From IMG/VR virus record IMGVR_UViG_3300035542_000215: a DNA stretch of 64,000 bases; one strand, written 5' to 3'. Under the pieces are notes generated by a model that made no database searches, was not told the origin of the DNA, and worked only from the letters and a program-made list of their open reading frames with translations. Made by a program: the position numbers and the translations under genes. Shown here in pieces: positions 10,995 to 22,373 of the stretch. The DNA is from a virus. Positions within the stretch are counted from its first letter, which is position 1. Every line of letters starts with the position of its first letter.

Positions 10995-11118
10995 AAAAAA
11001 AAGAGCCTATGGGGTAGGCCCTTCTGTTTACCTGTGCCTTTCGGCTTTCCGGTCCAGGCAAACTATTTTAAAGGAGCGACTTTCGTCTTTTGATAAAGGA
11101 TAGGAGGTCCTTTATCTA
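10995..11118 (-). ncRNA. Anti-leader/anti-SD small RNA, copy 2
   Basis: Near-identical core and promoter (TTGACA 11151-11146, TATGAT 11129-11124) to copy 1, but a different terminator (GGGCCUA/UAGGCUC plus U8). Substitutions mostly keep the pairing. Confidence 0.8.
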
Positions 11119-11246
11119 TATTCATCATAACACAGCTAAAAAATCTGTCAATTTCAGAAGGTTGTGTTTCAATTTTCATGAAAAAACCTAGGTTATATAA
11201 CCTAGGTTTTTGCTGCGAAGCGAATATATCAATTAAATTTAGATTT

Positions 11247-12397
11247 CTATGCTAATATTTTTTTCTTTTGGGTTTCTTTGATATAATCTATATAATAATT
11301 TAAGTTTTCAAATGGGCTTAAAACATCATCATCTTCTTCAAAGATAGATTCTAACCCGCTTGCTACCCATCTATCATTTTTATTGTCAAATATTTCAGTT
11401 TCTATCCAGTTGTTATTTTGTAAAAATAAAACCTTTTTGTTTTCTTTAAGAGTTTCATTATTTATAAACTCATATTTAACAACTTCTTCTAGTTCTTTGT
11501 CATCTTTTATATAAGAACCTAATAAATCGACTAACACTTCACTATTATTCTTATCTTTTACATATTCTTTCATTTCTCCATTTTCATAATATGTTCCGTT
11601 TACATCACCATAAACAGATACAAATATCTCAAATTCTTTATAAGTGATAGTTCCGATTGTTCCACCATACCATAAGCAGTCTTGCCTATTTTCCATTATT
11701 CTTTCTTCGTCTAATTCTATTTCCATTCCTAATTTTAAAGCATTTTCTTTAATTTCCTTTATTTTTTCTCTTATTTGTTCATTATTTAAATTCATTAGTC
11801 CCTCCTATTAATAATAAAATTCCACCATTTTTTCGTTTTTGTTATTCTCTTCATTTAAAGAATAAAATCCTAAATCTTCAGCTTCATAAGGATCTTTTTC
11901 AAAAGCAAATATTTCAACTTCTTCTACTGCTTTTTCTTCTATATATTCCTCAACTACTTTTCCGTTTTCTTTTAGCATTACAACTTTTATGTTTTTCATA
12001 ACAAAACTCTCCTTTATATGTTTTTTTATAAACTTTTTTCTGTTAAAAACTTTAGTTCTTCTTCATTATTTTTTATACAGTCTTTCATAGTAAAGCTAAC
12101 ATATTCTTGATTTAACAGTTTTTTATACCCATTTAAAATATCTTTTGGTTCGTAATCATATCCACAATAATTTATATATCTCTTTATGTTTTCTTCTGCA
12201 TCTTCTTTTGTAGATATTTTTTTGCTTTTGACATTTGTTTTGGATATATTTTCTTTTGCTCCTTGTAATTCAGATAATTGATTTTGCACTAATGAAATTA
12301 TTTTCATAATTCCACAGATTCCATCTCTTGATGCATTAATTTTGCATTTTTTATCAAAATACATACATTCTTCCTTTACGCAGCTTAATGGTTCCAA
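11247..12397 (-). CDS. Hypothetical cassette (12026-12397, 11808-11999, 11247-11795)
   Basis: ORFs with SDs downstream of promoter 12462 and its leader. Confidence 0.7.
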
Positions 12398-12552
12398 TTA
12401 TTAAACCTCCTTTCTCCTATTATTTTTTGTGTTTAAAAACACTCCTTATATTTACTAAGTTATTATATGCAGTTGAATATTTTTATATTCCAAAATCACA
12501 ACAAAAAGAAATAAGACTGAAAATTTTCAGTCTTTTTTCTCTTTTTAACATG

Positions 12553-12732
12553 TTAAAAATTAATATCTGTATTTTTTTTGTTATTTTCCTTAAAATAAGT
12601 TATTAAGCTATCTCCACTTGCTGGTTTTGGATCATCACACTTGTCGCAATTAAAGATTGTGCCTTGATAATCCCATTGTTCGGTTATTTCTCCACCGCAT
12701 CTACATTCATATCTTGTTATTCCTCGTCCCAT
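12553..12732 (-). CDS. Zn-finger microprotein (59 aa), not in the ORF track
   Basis: Translated by hand: MGRGITRYECRCGGEITEQWDYQGTIFNCDKCDDPKP...; paralog of 13205-13375 and 17276-17461. Confidence 0.7.
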   Translation of the reverse strand: MGRGITRYECRCGGEITEQWDYQGTIFNCDKCDDPKPASGDSLITYFKENNKKNTDINF

Positions 12733-12760
12733 ATTTATATTCCTTTCTTTAAAAATATTT

Positions 12761-13051
12761 TTAATTTACAGTCTTTAAAAAATCCTTAACAGCTTCATCT
12801 AGATTCTCATATATAATGGGAGACATTTCCTTTTCGAAAAGCCCCATTACAGTAGTACAATTCTCATCTTTATCGATATTAATTCCTAAACTATAATTGT
12901 CTTTATACTCTTCACTCCATGAAGCTTCTGTTATATATATAAAATCAAATCCTTTTTCCAAGTATTTTTTTATGAATTCTTCTTCTATTAAATTTAAAAA
13001 ATCTTCAAATTCTACTTTATAGATGTATTTTTTTATTTTTGTATTTTTCAT
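12761..13051 (-). CDS. Hypothetical protein
   Basis: SD AAGGAG; lies within the cassette from promoter 13428. Confidence 0.65.
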   Translation of the reverse strand: MKNTKIKKYIYKVEFEDFLNLIEEEFIKKYLEKGFDFIYITEASWSEEYKDNYSLGINIDKDENCTTVMGLFEKEMSPIIYENLDEAVKDFLKTVN

Positions 13052-13204
13052 TTTTTCTCCTTATTTTTTTAAATAGGCCTGTTATATCATAATAAGCATC
13101 ATTTGCATTAATATTAGTCCCCAAATTATAAAAATAATTAATGGTACTGTTATTAAAACACAAACGGCCCTAAATATTAAATCGTTCATGACTTCCTCCT
13201 TCTT

Positions 13205-13375
13205 TTAATATGGAACTTCTACTGTATTTTCAACATCTAGTTCAAATTCTTCAACTACTGATTCTGGGTTTGGATTATTACATTCACTACATTCAATATA
13301 TCCTGTTAAATGATCCCATTCTTCAGTAATTTCTCCTCCACATTTACATACATAAAAAATTCTTCCTGATCCCAT
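13205..13375 (-). CDS. Zn-finger microprotein (56 aa), not in the ORF track
   Basis: MGSGRIFYVCKCGGEITEEWDHLTGYIECSECNNPNP...; first gene after promoter 13428 and its leader. Confidence 0.75.
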   Translation of the reverse strand: MGSGRIFYVCKCGGEITEEWDHLTGYIECSECNNPNPESVVEEFELDVENTVEVPY

Positions 13376-13485
13376 TTTTACCTCCTATGTTTTTTGCGTA
13401 TTAGACGCTCCTTTTATTTGATAGTGTATTATATGCAACTATTAAACTTTATATTCCTTTTTCATAAAAAAATAGAGGTTTCCCT

Positions 13486-14748
13486 CTATTCTTCTATTTC
13501 ATCAAATATCTTATCTATTTCACTTTTTGGAAATTCTGGAAGCTTTCCCGTTTCTCTCAAATGTTTCGCCATATTGTTATAATATTCTGCTATTGTATCA
13601 TCTGCTTGCAAAAACCATTCTCCGTATTTTTCTTTTTGATTCTCATTCCATTGTCTTGCACATTCTGCCATTATATAATCAAATTCATTATCTATCGACA
13701 TTTTTTCCTCCTATTTAAACTTCAATAACTTCAAATCCAAATTCTTTTCCAACAGCATCAATAATATGTGAAAACTGCCATTCTCCTCTTAATTCTCTAG
13801 TTACTTTTCTTACTTCTCTTTCAGCTGCTTCTTTTGATAAATCACTTTTAACTAAAGCTTCGATGTCTGTACTGTCTGTATCTTTGATTAAAAAGGTACT
13901 TGTATATAAAGGTTCATTTTTATATTGACCAATATCAATAATCTTATGCCCTAGATCAGATGCTAAATCTGCAATTTTTTCATCTAATAATCTTTCATTT
14001 TCTTTATCAAATTTTTCTTCATCTACTTCTATTATTATTTCTATTTTTTTTTCTACCTTCATTTTTATCCTCCTATTTTTTCATAAAGCTCTAATAGATC
14101 CATTGGAACTAATGCATCTATTTCCTTATATTTACCTCTTTTATTCTTTCTTTCTAAATCTTCAAAGAAGTTAATATTGACTTCATCGTTTCTTTTATCT
14201 ACAAATAATGTCCACCTTGAGTCTCTTTTAGATTTTGCTGATACAATTCCAAATTCATCTTTTGTCTTATATCCGTTTCTAAAACAGATTTCTTCAAATC
14301 TACTTATTACAATTTTCATATTTTCTCCTTTTAAGCTGAATAAAAAACTTCTTTTATATTTTCATAATGCATGGAGACAACTGTTTTTCCATCTGGTTTA
14401 AATATAAGCCTATTGTCCCTTAATTCTTGTATAGTACCTACATGAGTTTTTCCAGCATAACTTATTTTCAGCCTTGTCTTATTTGGTATGGCTATTATTT
14501 CAGTATCTCTATTTAGCCCTTCATTGTAATAACTAAACCTTATATATAGTTCTATTTTACTGGGTTTCATTATTCCCCTCCATTACATTTTTATCTGCAA
14601 GAACTTCATTACAGTCTTCACATTCAAGAGCAACATTTGCTATCCCTTCTTCTCCTGCATATGTAGCAACGGTAATATTATGCCCTACATGTTCAAGTAA
14701 ATCTTGAACACTAGCTTCTACAAACATTTTTCCGTATTTTTCATCCAT
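13486..14748 (-). CDS. Run of small hypothetical genes (14557-14748, 14331-14570, 14065-14319, 13715-14062, 13486-13701)
   Basis: Contiguous same-strand ORFs with SDs. Confidence 0.65.
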
Positions 14749-14766
14749 TTTTTTTATCTCCTTTTT

Positions 14767-16583
14767 TTATTGTAAATAACAAATATCTCCATTAGGTGCT
14801 TCTATCATAACTGCCTTTTCATCCTGATTTAAAACTTTATACAGTTCACTGAGTTTTGATCCGTTTTCTTCTTCTGTTTCTATTCGAAGATACTCATCAA
14901 ATATCCTCACCTTGCAATTTACTTCCCAACAGTCTCTTCCTTCTCCGCCGCAGAGAGTATTTTTATTTTTGATTGCTTCAAATAAATCTTTGCTGCGAGA
15001 TCCTTTTTCTAGAATGTTGTTTTTCAAATATTCATGTGAAAAATATTGTAAGTCATCATCTACTCCAGAAGTTTTAAAATTTAACCAATAGTTATAAAGT
15101 GTATGAAGTGTATTTTTTTCATCTAACAATGCATCTATCATTTCTTCTTCCCAGATATTCCCGTCTTGAACTAAACAGTCAATTTCATTTTTCCACCCTA
15201 GTTCATAAATTCTTTCGCTTAATCCTTTTTTATCTAGTTTAGATGCTTCTTCTAGTAACTTGTTCCATTCTTTTGATACTTTCTCCTGCAATTGTTCTAA
15301 TTTTTCATCCATGTTTTATCTCCTTTTATTTATATAATTTATCAATTATATCCATGTTATGAAATTTAGATAGATATTTATCAACTTTTTCATCTGAGCA
15401 TTCATCATCTCTTATCATTTCATACAAAGTGTTAAGAGAATTCGGTCTTTTTAGTAAAAAATCTATAACATTTTCTTCTTGTATGCTTACATTTTGAAAA
15501 TGACAATAAATTAGGTCTATCCATCCGATAAAATGAGCATTAATCTTCAATCTTTCAGCATTTAAGCCTGATAAATTTTCAAACAAGCTGTTTCTCTCAT
15601 TTTTCATTTTCTCTCTTAATATTCTCATTTTTTCTTTTCTTCTTTCAACTGGCATATATTTATCCTCCTATTAATTAAGCTACTAATCTTTCGCTTAAAA
15701 ATTCTGATGTAAAATATTCTAAATCACTATCTACACCGGAAGTTTCAAATTTCAACCAATAGTCATAAAGAGTGTGGAGTGCATTTTTACTATCTAGTAA
15801 AACTTTTATCATTTCTTCATCCCAGATAGCACCGTTTTGTACCAAACAATCCATTTCAGCTTTCCAACCAATTTCATAGGATTTTTCTCCAAGTCCTTCT
15901 TTGTCTAACTTAACCATTTCTTCTAAAAATTCGTTAAATTCTTTTGATATTTTTTTTTGTAATTTTTCCAATTTTTTTTCTTCCATTTTTTCCTCCTATT
16001 GTTTTTTTGCAACAAAAGTTGCTCCTTTATATTAACTAATGTATTATATGCAATCCTATATTTTTATATTCCTTTTTAACAAAAAAAAGAAACAGCCGAA
16101 GCTGCTTCTCATGTATTAAATATTTCCTAACATATCTTCTAATTCAGTTATTTTCGATTTTGTGTATTCTATTTCCTTTTTTAATGAGTTAATTCTATTT
16201 TCCTGTTTATTATCTTCTTCTAAACACTGAATTATGCTATGAAGTTTCTTTTTAGTACTGTTTTTCCCCATTATTTTACTTAATTCTTCATATATGTAGT
16301 TTAAAGTATTTTCTTCGCTACTTAAAGATTTAGCAAATTCTGGATGAAATTTCGACTTGTTTTCTTCATTAAATACTCTTGCTGCATATTGAACTATTTC
16401 TGTTTTCATATGAAGTTCATAAGCATTTTCTCTTAATTTTAATCCTTCTTCTTTAAGACTTCCTATGTAGTTCTTGTATTCTTCTTCAATTTTTTCATTT
16501 AAATTTTCAAATACATTTTCGCCTTTTATTTCTTCCATTGTTTCATTCATTGTATTTTTCATTTTTATCTCCTTTTCTAACAT
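14767..16583 (-). CDS. Tandem DUF3848-like paralogs (14767-15312, 15326-15655, 15675-15986, 16116-16583)
   Basis: 14767 and 15675 share MdEKkLE.LQ.K.SKE.N..LEE..KLDK.GL.E..YE.GWK.E.DCLVQ.G.IWdEEMI..LLD.KN.LHTLY.YWL.F.TSGVD.DL. The others are more distant. Family name from recall. Confidence 0.55.
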
Positions 16584-16642
16584 TTTTTGGCAAGAAGCCT
16601 CCTTCCTTAAAATGCATTAGCATTTAGGAGGTTGTTATTGAC
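16582..16642 (-). mobile_element. 61-bp miniature derivative of the IscB element (fused left and right ends)
   Basis: Minus strand GTCAATAACAACCTCCTAAATGCTAATGCATTTTAAGGAAGGAGGCTTCTTGCCAAAAAAT joins the left-end start (30119) to the right-end finish (31753) of the IscB element. Confidence 0.85.
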
Positions 16643-16643
16643 A

Positions 16644-17461
16644 TTAAGCCTGCTCTACTTTATTAATAAAGTCAATATCTACTTGATCTTTTATGAACAT
16701 TTCAATTTCGCTTAACACATTTTGCTTTGTTAGTCTTATCTGCCTATCAAGTTCTTTTTTAGTAGTGCTTTCTAAATCGTTTACACTCTCAATATATTCA
16801 TTTCTATATGGATGAGTATATTTATTAAACAAATACTTATTAACCTCGTAAAGTTCATCTAGTGTTTTATCAAGTTTCCAAGATAATGCAAGATGATCTG
16901 ATTTTTTCCTAGCAGAAATCTTAATTTCTTTTTTTGCCATTTGTTTTAGATTTTTTAACTCTTCTAAGCTTTTCCCCATTTTAGTTCTCTCCTTTTTCAC
17001 CAAATACTCCTAGATTTTTCTTCCTCTAATCCGTATTTAGATAATACTTTTTCTATGTTCCCTAAAGGCTGCATCAAACCCTTAAAACCAGGTCTTCCCT
17101 TTGAGGCATTTTGAATATATCTTTGTGCATATAATTTTAAAGTATCTAAATCTGCAACGGATAAATTCCCTACGGATTTGATTTTAAAAGATGATCTTTC
17201 ATCCCAATTATCTTTCTTTTTTTCGATATCTCCTATTAATTTTAACGCATTTTTTATCATATCTTTCTCCTTTTTTTAGAATGGTATATTCACATCTTCT
17301 TCTGTCTTATTTGTTTCTAAATCAGATTTTTCATCTTCTACTAATCTTTTCGGTATTGGATTGTTACAATTATCACATTCTATGAAAGTATCAAAATGTG
17401 TCCACTCTTCATGAATTGTTCCACCGCATTGGCATCCGTAATAAGTCCATCCTCTTCCCAT
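16644..17461 (-). CDS. Hypothetical genes 16644-17003 and 16997-17260, and Zn-finger microprotein 17276-17461
   Basis: ORFs with SDs downstream of promoter 17685; 17276 has the MGRG..YGCQCGG..EEW...CDNCNNP pattern. Confidence 0.7.
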
Positions 17462-17773
17462 TTTTATCCTCCTTATATTTATTTAACCAGTTTTTCTTCA
17501 TCGAAATATTCAGACATTAAGCTATCTATAACAAATAATTCTTTGTTTGAAACTCTTGTTATATGGATAACTTCCCCTTCTATATTCTTCCCAGTGTGTT
17601 TTACTATTACTCTTTGACCTGTTTTCATCTTTTTCTCCTTCCTTTTTTTTTGAGACTTTTGCCTCTCCTTTTTACTATTTATCTATTATATGCATCTATA
17701 TATTTTTATATTCCTTTTTTAAATACAAAAAAACAGCCTTGAATATGTTATAAAGCTGCTTTTAATATATACT

Positions 17774-18797
17774 TTAATTTTTTTTAAGATGTGTCTCGAA
17801 ATTTTTTGCTGTTTTTTCATCAAGTAAATAATCAGGTATCTTTTTATATTCTTTTGTTAATGAGTTTAAAAAATCTTCAACTTCTTTTTTGCTTACACTT
17901 GATTTTTTTAAATTAAAAATTTGTTTGAGACAGTCACTATCTACTTCTTCTATTTCCACTCCTTGTCCCTTCAATTTACCTAACTTGCTTCTTACTTTAA
18001 TTTTTATGTTTTTTTCTTCTTTCATCTTTTCCTCCCATATTGCTTAATGTATTATTATATGCATTCTAAAGCTTAATTATTCCTATTAAAAAAACTCTAC
18101 CCTATATTAATAAGGTAGAGAATTTTCTAAGCATTATCTAAATGACAAGGTTTTGCTTCTAAATACTTGGTCATAAGATTTTCTGTTATATCTTCATTTT
18201 CCTTCCAATTTTTTTCAGATATGTCGTGTTTAAACTTGTATAGTTCTTTTGCAAGTCCTTTTTTAATCATTAATAATTCCCAAAGATGCGGATGAGTATG
18301 CCTTAACATTTCAATATTATTTCCATCATGCTTGATGTTCATAGCACATGTGAAACAACCGGTTCTTGTATATGTAATATATTCTTCTTTTCCCGTTTTT
18401 TCATCCTTTTTCCAGTACCCAATATCATATAGTGGACTGGTAGGAACATTGTTTCTTTTAATATATTTCCAGATATCATCTTCAGAAAAATGTATAAGAG
18501 GCAGTGCTTTATGCCTTCCTTCCCCTTTTACGTAGTATATTTCCCCGTATCTTTTATAAAGCTCATTTCTTTTGACATTAGTTTTATAGTTTCTATCTCA
18601 TATTCGTTAAATTTCTCCGGCTTTATTATGTTAACGCCTTCTTTTAAAGATAGAGACTGTTTTCCGTGAACATTTTTATAGTTGCTTATTTTTATCTGCT
18701 TTAAAATTAAATTTTTCTCCTTGTTTTCACTTGTAAAGCTTAACTGTTTACAGCCCATAGCTCCTCCTTTATTACTTTGCGTATTCACGCTCCTCAT
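17774..18797 (-). CDS. Small hypothetical genes (17774-18025, 18127-18342, 18528-18797)
   Basis: Downstream of promoters 18054 and 18809. Confidence 0.55.
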
Positions 18798-19113
18798 TTT
18801 CTTAAATTATTATATGCAAATTAAAAGTTTTATATTCTGGAAAATAAAGGTTGGTGGTGATATTAGCTTAATAATGTCGATATCAACTTCTTTAAAAAAG
18901 CATTATACCCAGGGGAGGGTTATATTTATTACCCTCAAGAGGGTAAGTTTTCTACCCCTCATCTTGCTAATTTTTTAAATTTGGGTATTTTGATAATGTC
19001 AATAGCAACACTATTGATTGGTTAAAAATTTTTTGATATGTAAAGCAGGGGTTTACATATATGTAAAGTTTGGCCTATCTCATAAAAAAAACAGACCTTT
19101 CGGCCTGTTTAAC

Positions 19114-19178
19114 CTTTTTTGGCAAGAAAGTCTCCTTCTTCAAGATTTTTCCATATTATGAAGGGAGTTTTTTTCGAC
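19114..19178 (-). mobile_element. Degenerate 65-bp miniature IscB-type element overlapping the end of ORF 19140-19526
   Basis: Minus strand GTCGAAAAAAACTCCCTTCA...TGAAGAAGGAGACTTTCTTGCCAAAAAAG, followed by GTTAAAC like the parent element. Confidence 0.65.
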
Positions 19179-19526
19179 ATAATCAGGAATTGGTTTTTTT
19201 TCTACATCCTTACCCTTAATTTTTATTTTTCTTTTTTTAAGTAAATTTTCTTCGACAACTATTCTTTGACAACTTTCCATGTATTTTTGAATTTCTTTTT
19301 CATCTAAACTCTTTAAAAATTCATGATTTAAAGGGTGAAATTCTTTAAATTCAAAATCTTTAACAGGGTTACCTAAAAAATCATCGACACTTTTTACAGC
19401 TTTTTTTTCAATATGGCATTTTTCAACCTTTTTAATTACATTTTTATAAAAAAGCTCTTCTAACCTTTCTCTTCTTGTTTTTCTTTGATGTTTTTCTAAG
19501 CTTTGTTCTTTTTTCACTTTTATCAC
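19140..19526 (-). CDS. Hypothetical protein
   Basis: ORF with SD; its C-terminus comes from the mini-element. Confidence 0.55.
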   Translation of the reverse strand: MIKVKKEQSLEKHQRKTRRERLEELFYKNVIKKVEKCHIEKKAVKSVDDFLGNPVKDFEFKEFHPLNHEFLKSLDEKEIQKYMESCQRIVVEENLLKKRKIKIKGKDVEKKPIPDYVEKNSLHNMEKS

Positions 19527-19539
19527 CTCTATATTTTTT

Positions 19540-20064
19540 TTAGTTAAATTTGCTTATTTTTTCTAACTTATTAAATCCGTAAAATCCAGTTTTAACTCCT
19601 CTTCTTCTTAAGTATGGAGATAAGATCAACTCTTCTGATTGAAAACTATTTAAAATGTCAACACTTGCTATTCCGCAAATATATACCACCTTGCTGTTAC
19701 CTCTTATGTTTATTATCTGTGGATAGTAGTTCTTTTTGTAAATAACAGGAAATTTTCCGTACTCTACCGTTTTTATTCCTACCTTTTTTTCTTTTATGTC
19801 TGGATAGGCAAATTGTCTTGAATAACCTATTTCCCAGTTTATTATTTTAATTTTTAAATATTCTTCAACGGCAGCTTCCCCTAAGTATCCAGTATAGTGT
19901 CTTTTAAGCTCGTTCATTGGATCTACTTTATGATGGTTTTCTTTTCTTTTTTCTTTTACAAGCTCAACTATGAATTCTTTAATTTTATCTCTCTTTTTCT
20001 TTGGTACTGCTACCTTTATAAAGTTCTTAGAGAATGGATGAACACAGTCTTTGTAATTGATCAT
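19540..20064 (-). CDS. Possible PD-(D/E)xK nuclease-fold protein
   Basis: GYLGEAAV...YPD...GIKT spacing matches the E...PD...(D/E)xK pattern only loosely. Confidence 0.35.
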   Translation of the reverse strand: MINYKDCVHPFSKNFIKVAVPKKKRDKIKEFIVELVKEKRKENHHKVDPMNELKRHYTGYLGEAAVEEYLKIKIINWEIGYSRQFAYPDIKEKKVGIKTVEYGKFPVIYKKNYYPQIINIRGNSKVVYICGIASVDILNSFQSEELILSPYLRRRGVKTGFYGFNKLEKISKFN

Positions 20065-20455
20065 ACAATACCTCCAATTATTTACTAAGGTATTATATGC
20101 ATTCGCCTGTTAAATTATTCCAATAAAAAAAAGAATGCTTTTATCAGCTAAATTCTTAAAAACATTAAAAGTACTGTTTCTAGTAACGTTAATAGACATG
20201 TTTAAATTTCTTTATCCCCCCAGTCCTCTTTCTTGACTATTTTTAATCGAATTATATTTAAAGGATTTTTTAGTCGGACGATTATCTTTTTCGACCACTT
20301 TTTTAACTGTTTGCGTTCTACTATAAGACGAAAACTTCTTTTTTGCGTCCTTTCGTCCATTTTTAATATTCAGGAATATAAAAAGTATTAAATGCATATT
20401 ATAGTTTTAGAAAATATAAAGGAGTGCATTCGCACAATAATAAAAGGAGGAAATA

Positions 20456-21341
20456 ATGAAAAAGGAAGATTTAAAAAACAAAAAGGTATTTATGGAAAAT
20501 ATCAATGCATATGCTAAGTTATTAAAGAAAAAAGAAAAACTTGAGGAAAAGATAGAACCTGAACTTGAAAAGTTAGTCAAAGTGTATGCAATGGCTAATA
20601 ATGATCCATATGATTATATCGAAGAATTTAGTATTGAAAACGGTATAATTCAGGTGATTATACATGGTTATCGCTTTGGTGAGGTTACTAATTACTATGA
20701 TATTCCAGTGGATTATCTTTTTGACAAAAATGCTGCAAAAAAAATAAAAAAGGCTATAACAATTAAAAATGAAGAGGAAAATAAAAAATATGAAGCAAAA
20801 AAACTTCAAGAAGAAGAGTTAGAATACAGAAGATTGGTAAAGAAATTTGAGGATAAATAAAAAAAAACAGGAGGAAGAAAATGAAATTAGGAGAAATAAA
20901 AAAAATCAAAGAAAACTATCCAAAAGGTACTAAAGTTAGAGCTATTAAATTAGATGATCCTTATGTCTCTATTAACAAAGGAGACGAAGGAATTGTTGAT
21001 AGCGTAGATGACATGGGTACTGTACATATTTTATGGGATAAAGGTTTTAGGTTAGGTGCAGTTTTAGGAGTAGATGAAGTAGAAAAAATTGATAAATAAA
21101 GGAGAAAATTATGGATCTAAAAAGTTTTTTAGACAATGCTTATGAAAAAGGAGAAGAAGTTTTTATAAAAAAACATTTAAAAAATTTAAAGTCAAAAGGA
21201 TTAGATGTTAATAGCCGGTACTTAGATATAAAAGAAAATGGATTAGAATACTCTAAGGGCTTTATCGAAGGGTATGAAGCAGCTTACTCGATTTTAAACA
21301 GACTTGAAAAAGTAGCCAATGAAGAAGATAAGGAGAAATAG
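20456..21341 (+). CDS. Hypothetical 20456-20860, DUF4314-like 20881-21099, hypothetical 21111-21341
   Basis: 20881: YPKGTKVRAIKLDDPY...GDEGIVDSVDDMGTVHILWDKG..LG...GVD matches DUF4314 from recall. Confidence 0.7.
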
Positions 21342-21930
21342 TATGAACTTAGATTTTATAAAGGAATATAAAAGTTTTGATTATAATGAAGATTTATCAA
21401 AGTTTTTCTTTTTAAAATGCAAAGAGATAGAAAAAATGAATTATAGTGCTAAAGAACTTCCCTTCCCTGGAGAATTTTTATTTTTCGAATCTAAATACAT
21501 AAAGTACATAGACCATATGTTGAAAAATAAAATAGAAGGAAAAAATGTTGTAGACATAGGATGTCAATACGGATTTCAAAGCGAATTTTTCTTGGGAACC
21601 GAATATATAGGGATAGATTCATGGCCAGATATTAGGTTTTTTAATGAAGATAGAAAAGGTGTTAAATACCACCCTATTAGACTTCCTGAAGATTTTAACC
21701 TTGATATATCTGAAAGCATAGTTATTTCTTCAATGTCTCTAGGTTATTTTGAAAAAAATAAGGAAGAAAAACAGAAAAATGCAGGAATACTCTCAAAGGC
21801 TAAACATCTATATGTTGCCAGTAATGAGGAATTTATGAAAATGCTAAAACCAAATTTTAAGAAAATGGAAGTTTTAGAAAATAGAACGGTAACAAATAAA
21901 AAGTTTCCAGTTTGCTATTTTTCAAATTAA
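21319..21930 (+). CDS. Class I SAM-dependent methyltransferase-like protein
   Basis: Motif I VVDIGCQYG followed by YIGIDS; likely start is the Met at 21343. Confidence 0.5.
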   Translation: MKKIRRNSMNLDFIKEYKSFDYNEDLSKFFFLKCKEIEKMNYSAKELPFPGEFLFFESKYIKYIDHMLKNKIEGKNVVDIGCQYGFQSEFFLGTEYIGIDSWPDIRFFNEDRKGVKYHPIRLPEDFNLDISESIVISSMSLGYFEKNKEEKQKNAGILSKAKHLYVASNEEFMKMLKPNFKKMEVLENRTVTNKKFPVCYFSN

Positions 21931-21949
21931 TGTTAAAAAGGAGGAAAAA

Positions 21950-22204
21950 ATGATAGAAAATATCGTTATAGGAGAACCTATAATAGAAGTTAGAGAACTA
22001 TTGGGTGAAAATTTTATAGAAAAAACATATTTTACACAGGAGAGGTTTTTGCCTAAGATCTTAAAAGACTGTAATCTTGTAGCTTCTACAAGCTGGGTTA
22101 GGAAAAATAAACCAGAGTATTTTGCAGTTTTGGATAATGTTGGGACACTAGAAGTTTCTTTAGGTAAAAAGAAAAAACCTATATATGTAATTATAGGAGA
22201 ATGA
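21950..22204 (+). CDS. Hypothetical protein
   Basis: SD AGGAGG; terminator follows at ~22207-22235. Confidence 0.7.
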   Translation: MIENIVIGEPIIEVRELLGENFIEKTYFTQERFLPKILKDCNLVASTSWVRKNKPEYFAVLDNVGTLEVSLGKKKKPIYVIIGE

Positions 22205-22262
22205 AAAATTCAGCCTTTTTAGGCTGTTTTTTTTTGTTAAAATCTACTTAGACCTTCTGAAA

Positions 22263-22290
22263 TTGACAGATTTTTTAGCTGTGATAATCT
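22263..22290 (+). promoter_or_regulatory. sigmaA-type promoter sharing the sRNA promoter's -35 box and spacer
   Basis: TTGACAGATTTTTTAGCTGTG-A-TAATCT, in tandem upstream of motif promoter 22318. Confidence 0.7.
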
Positions 22291-22373
22291 TAAATTAGAA
22301 GCAAAACAATATTTTAAGGAATATAAAAAAGCACTAGGCATATAATAATAAAAAAATAAAAAAGGAGAAAACA

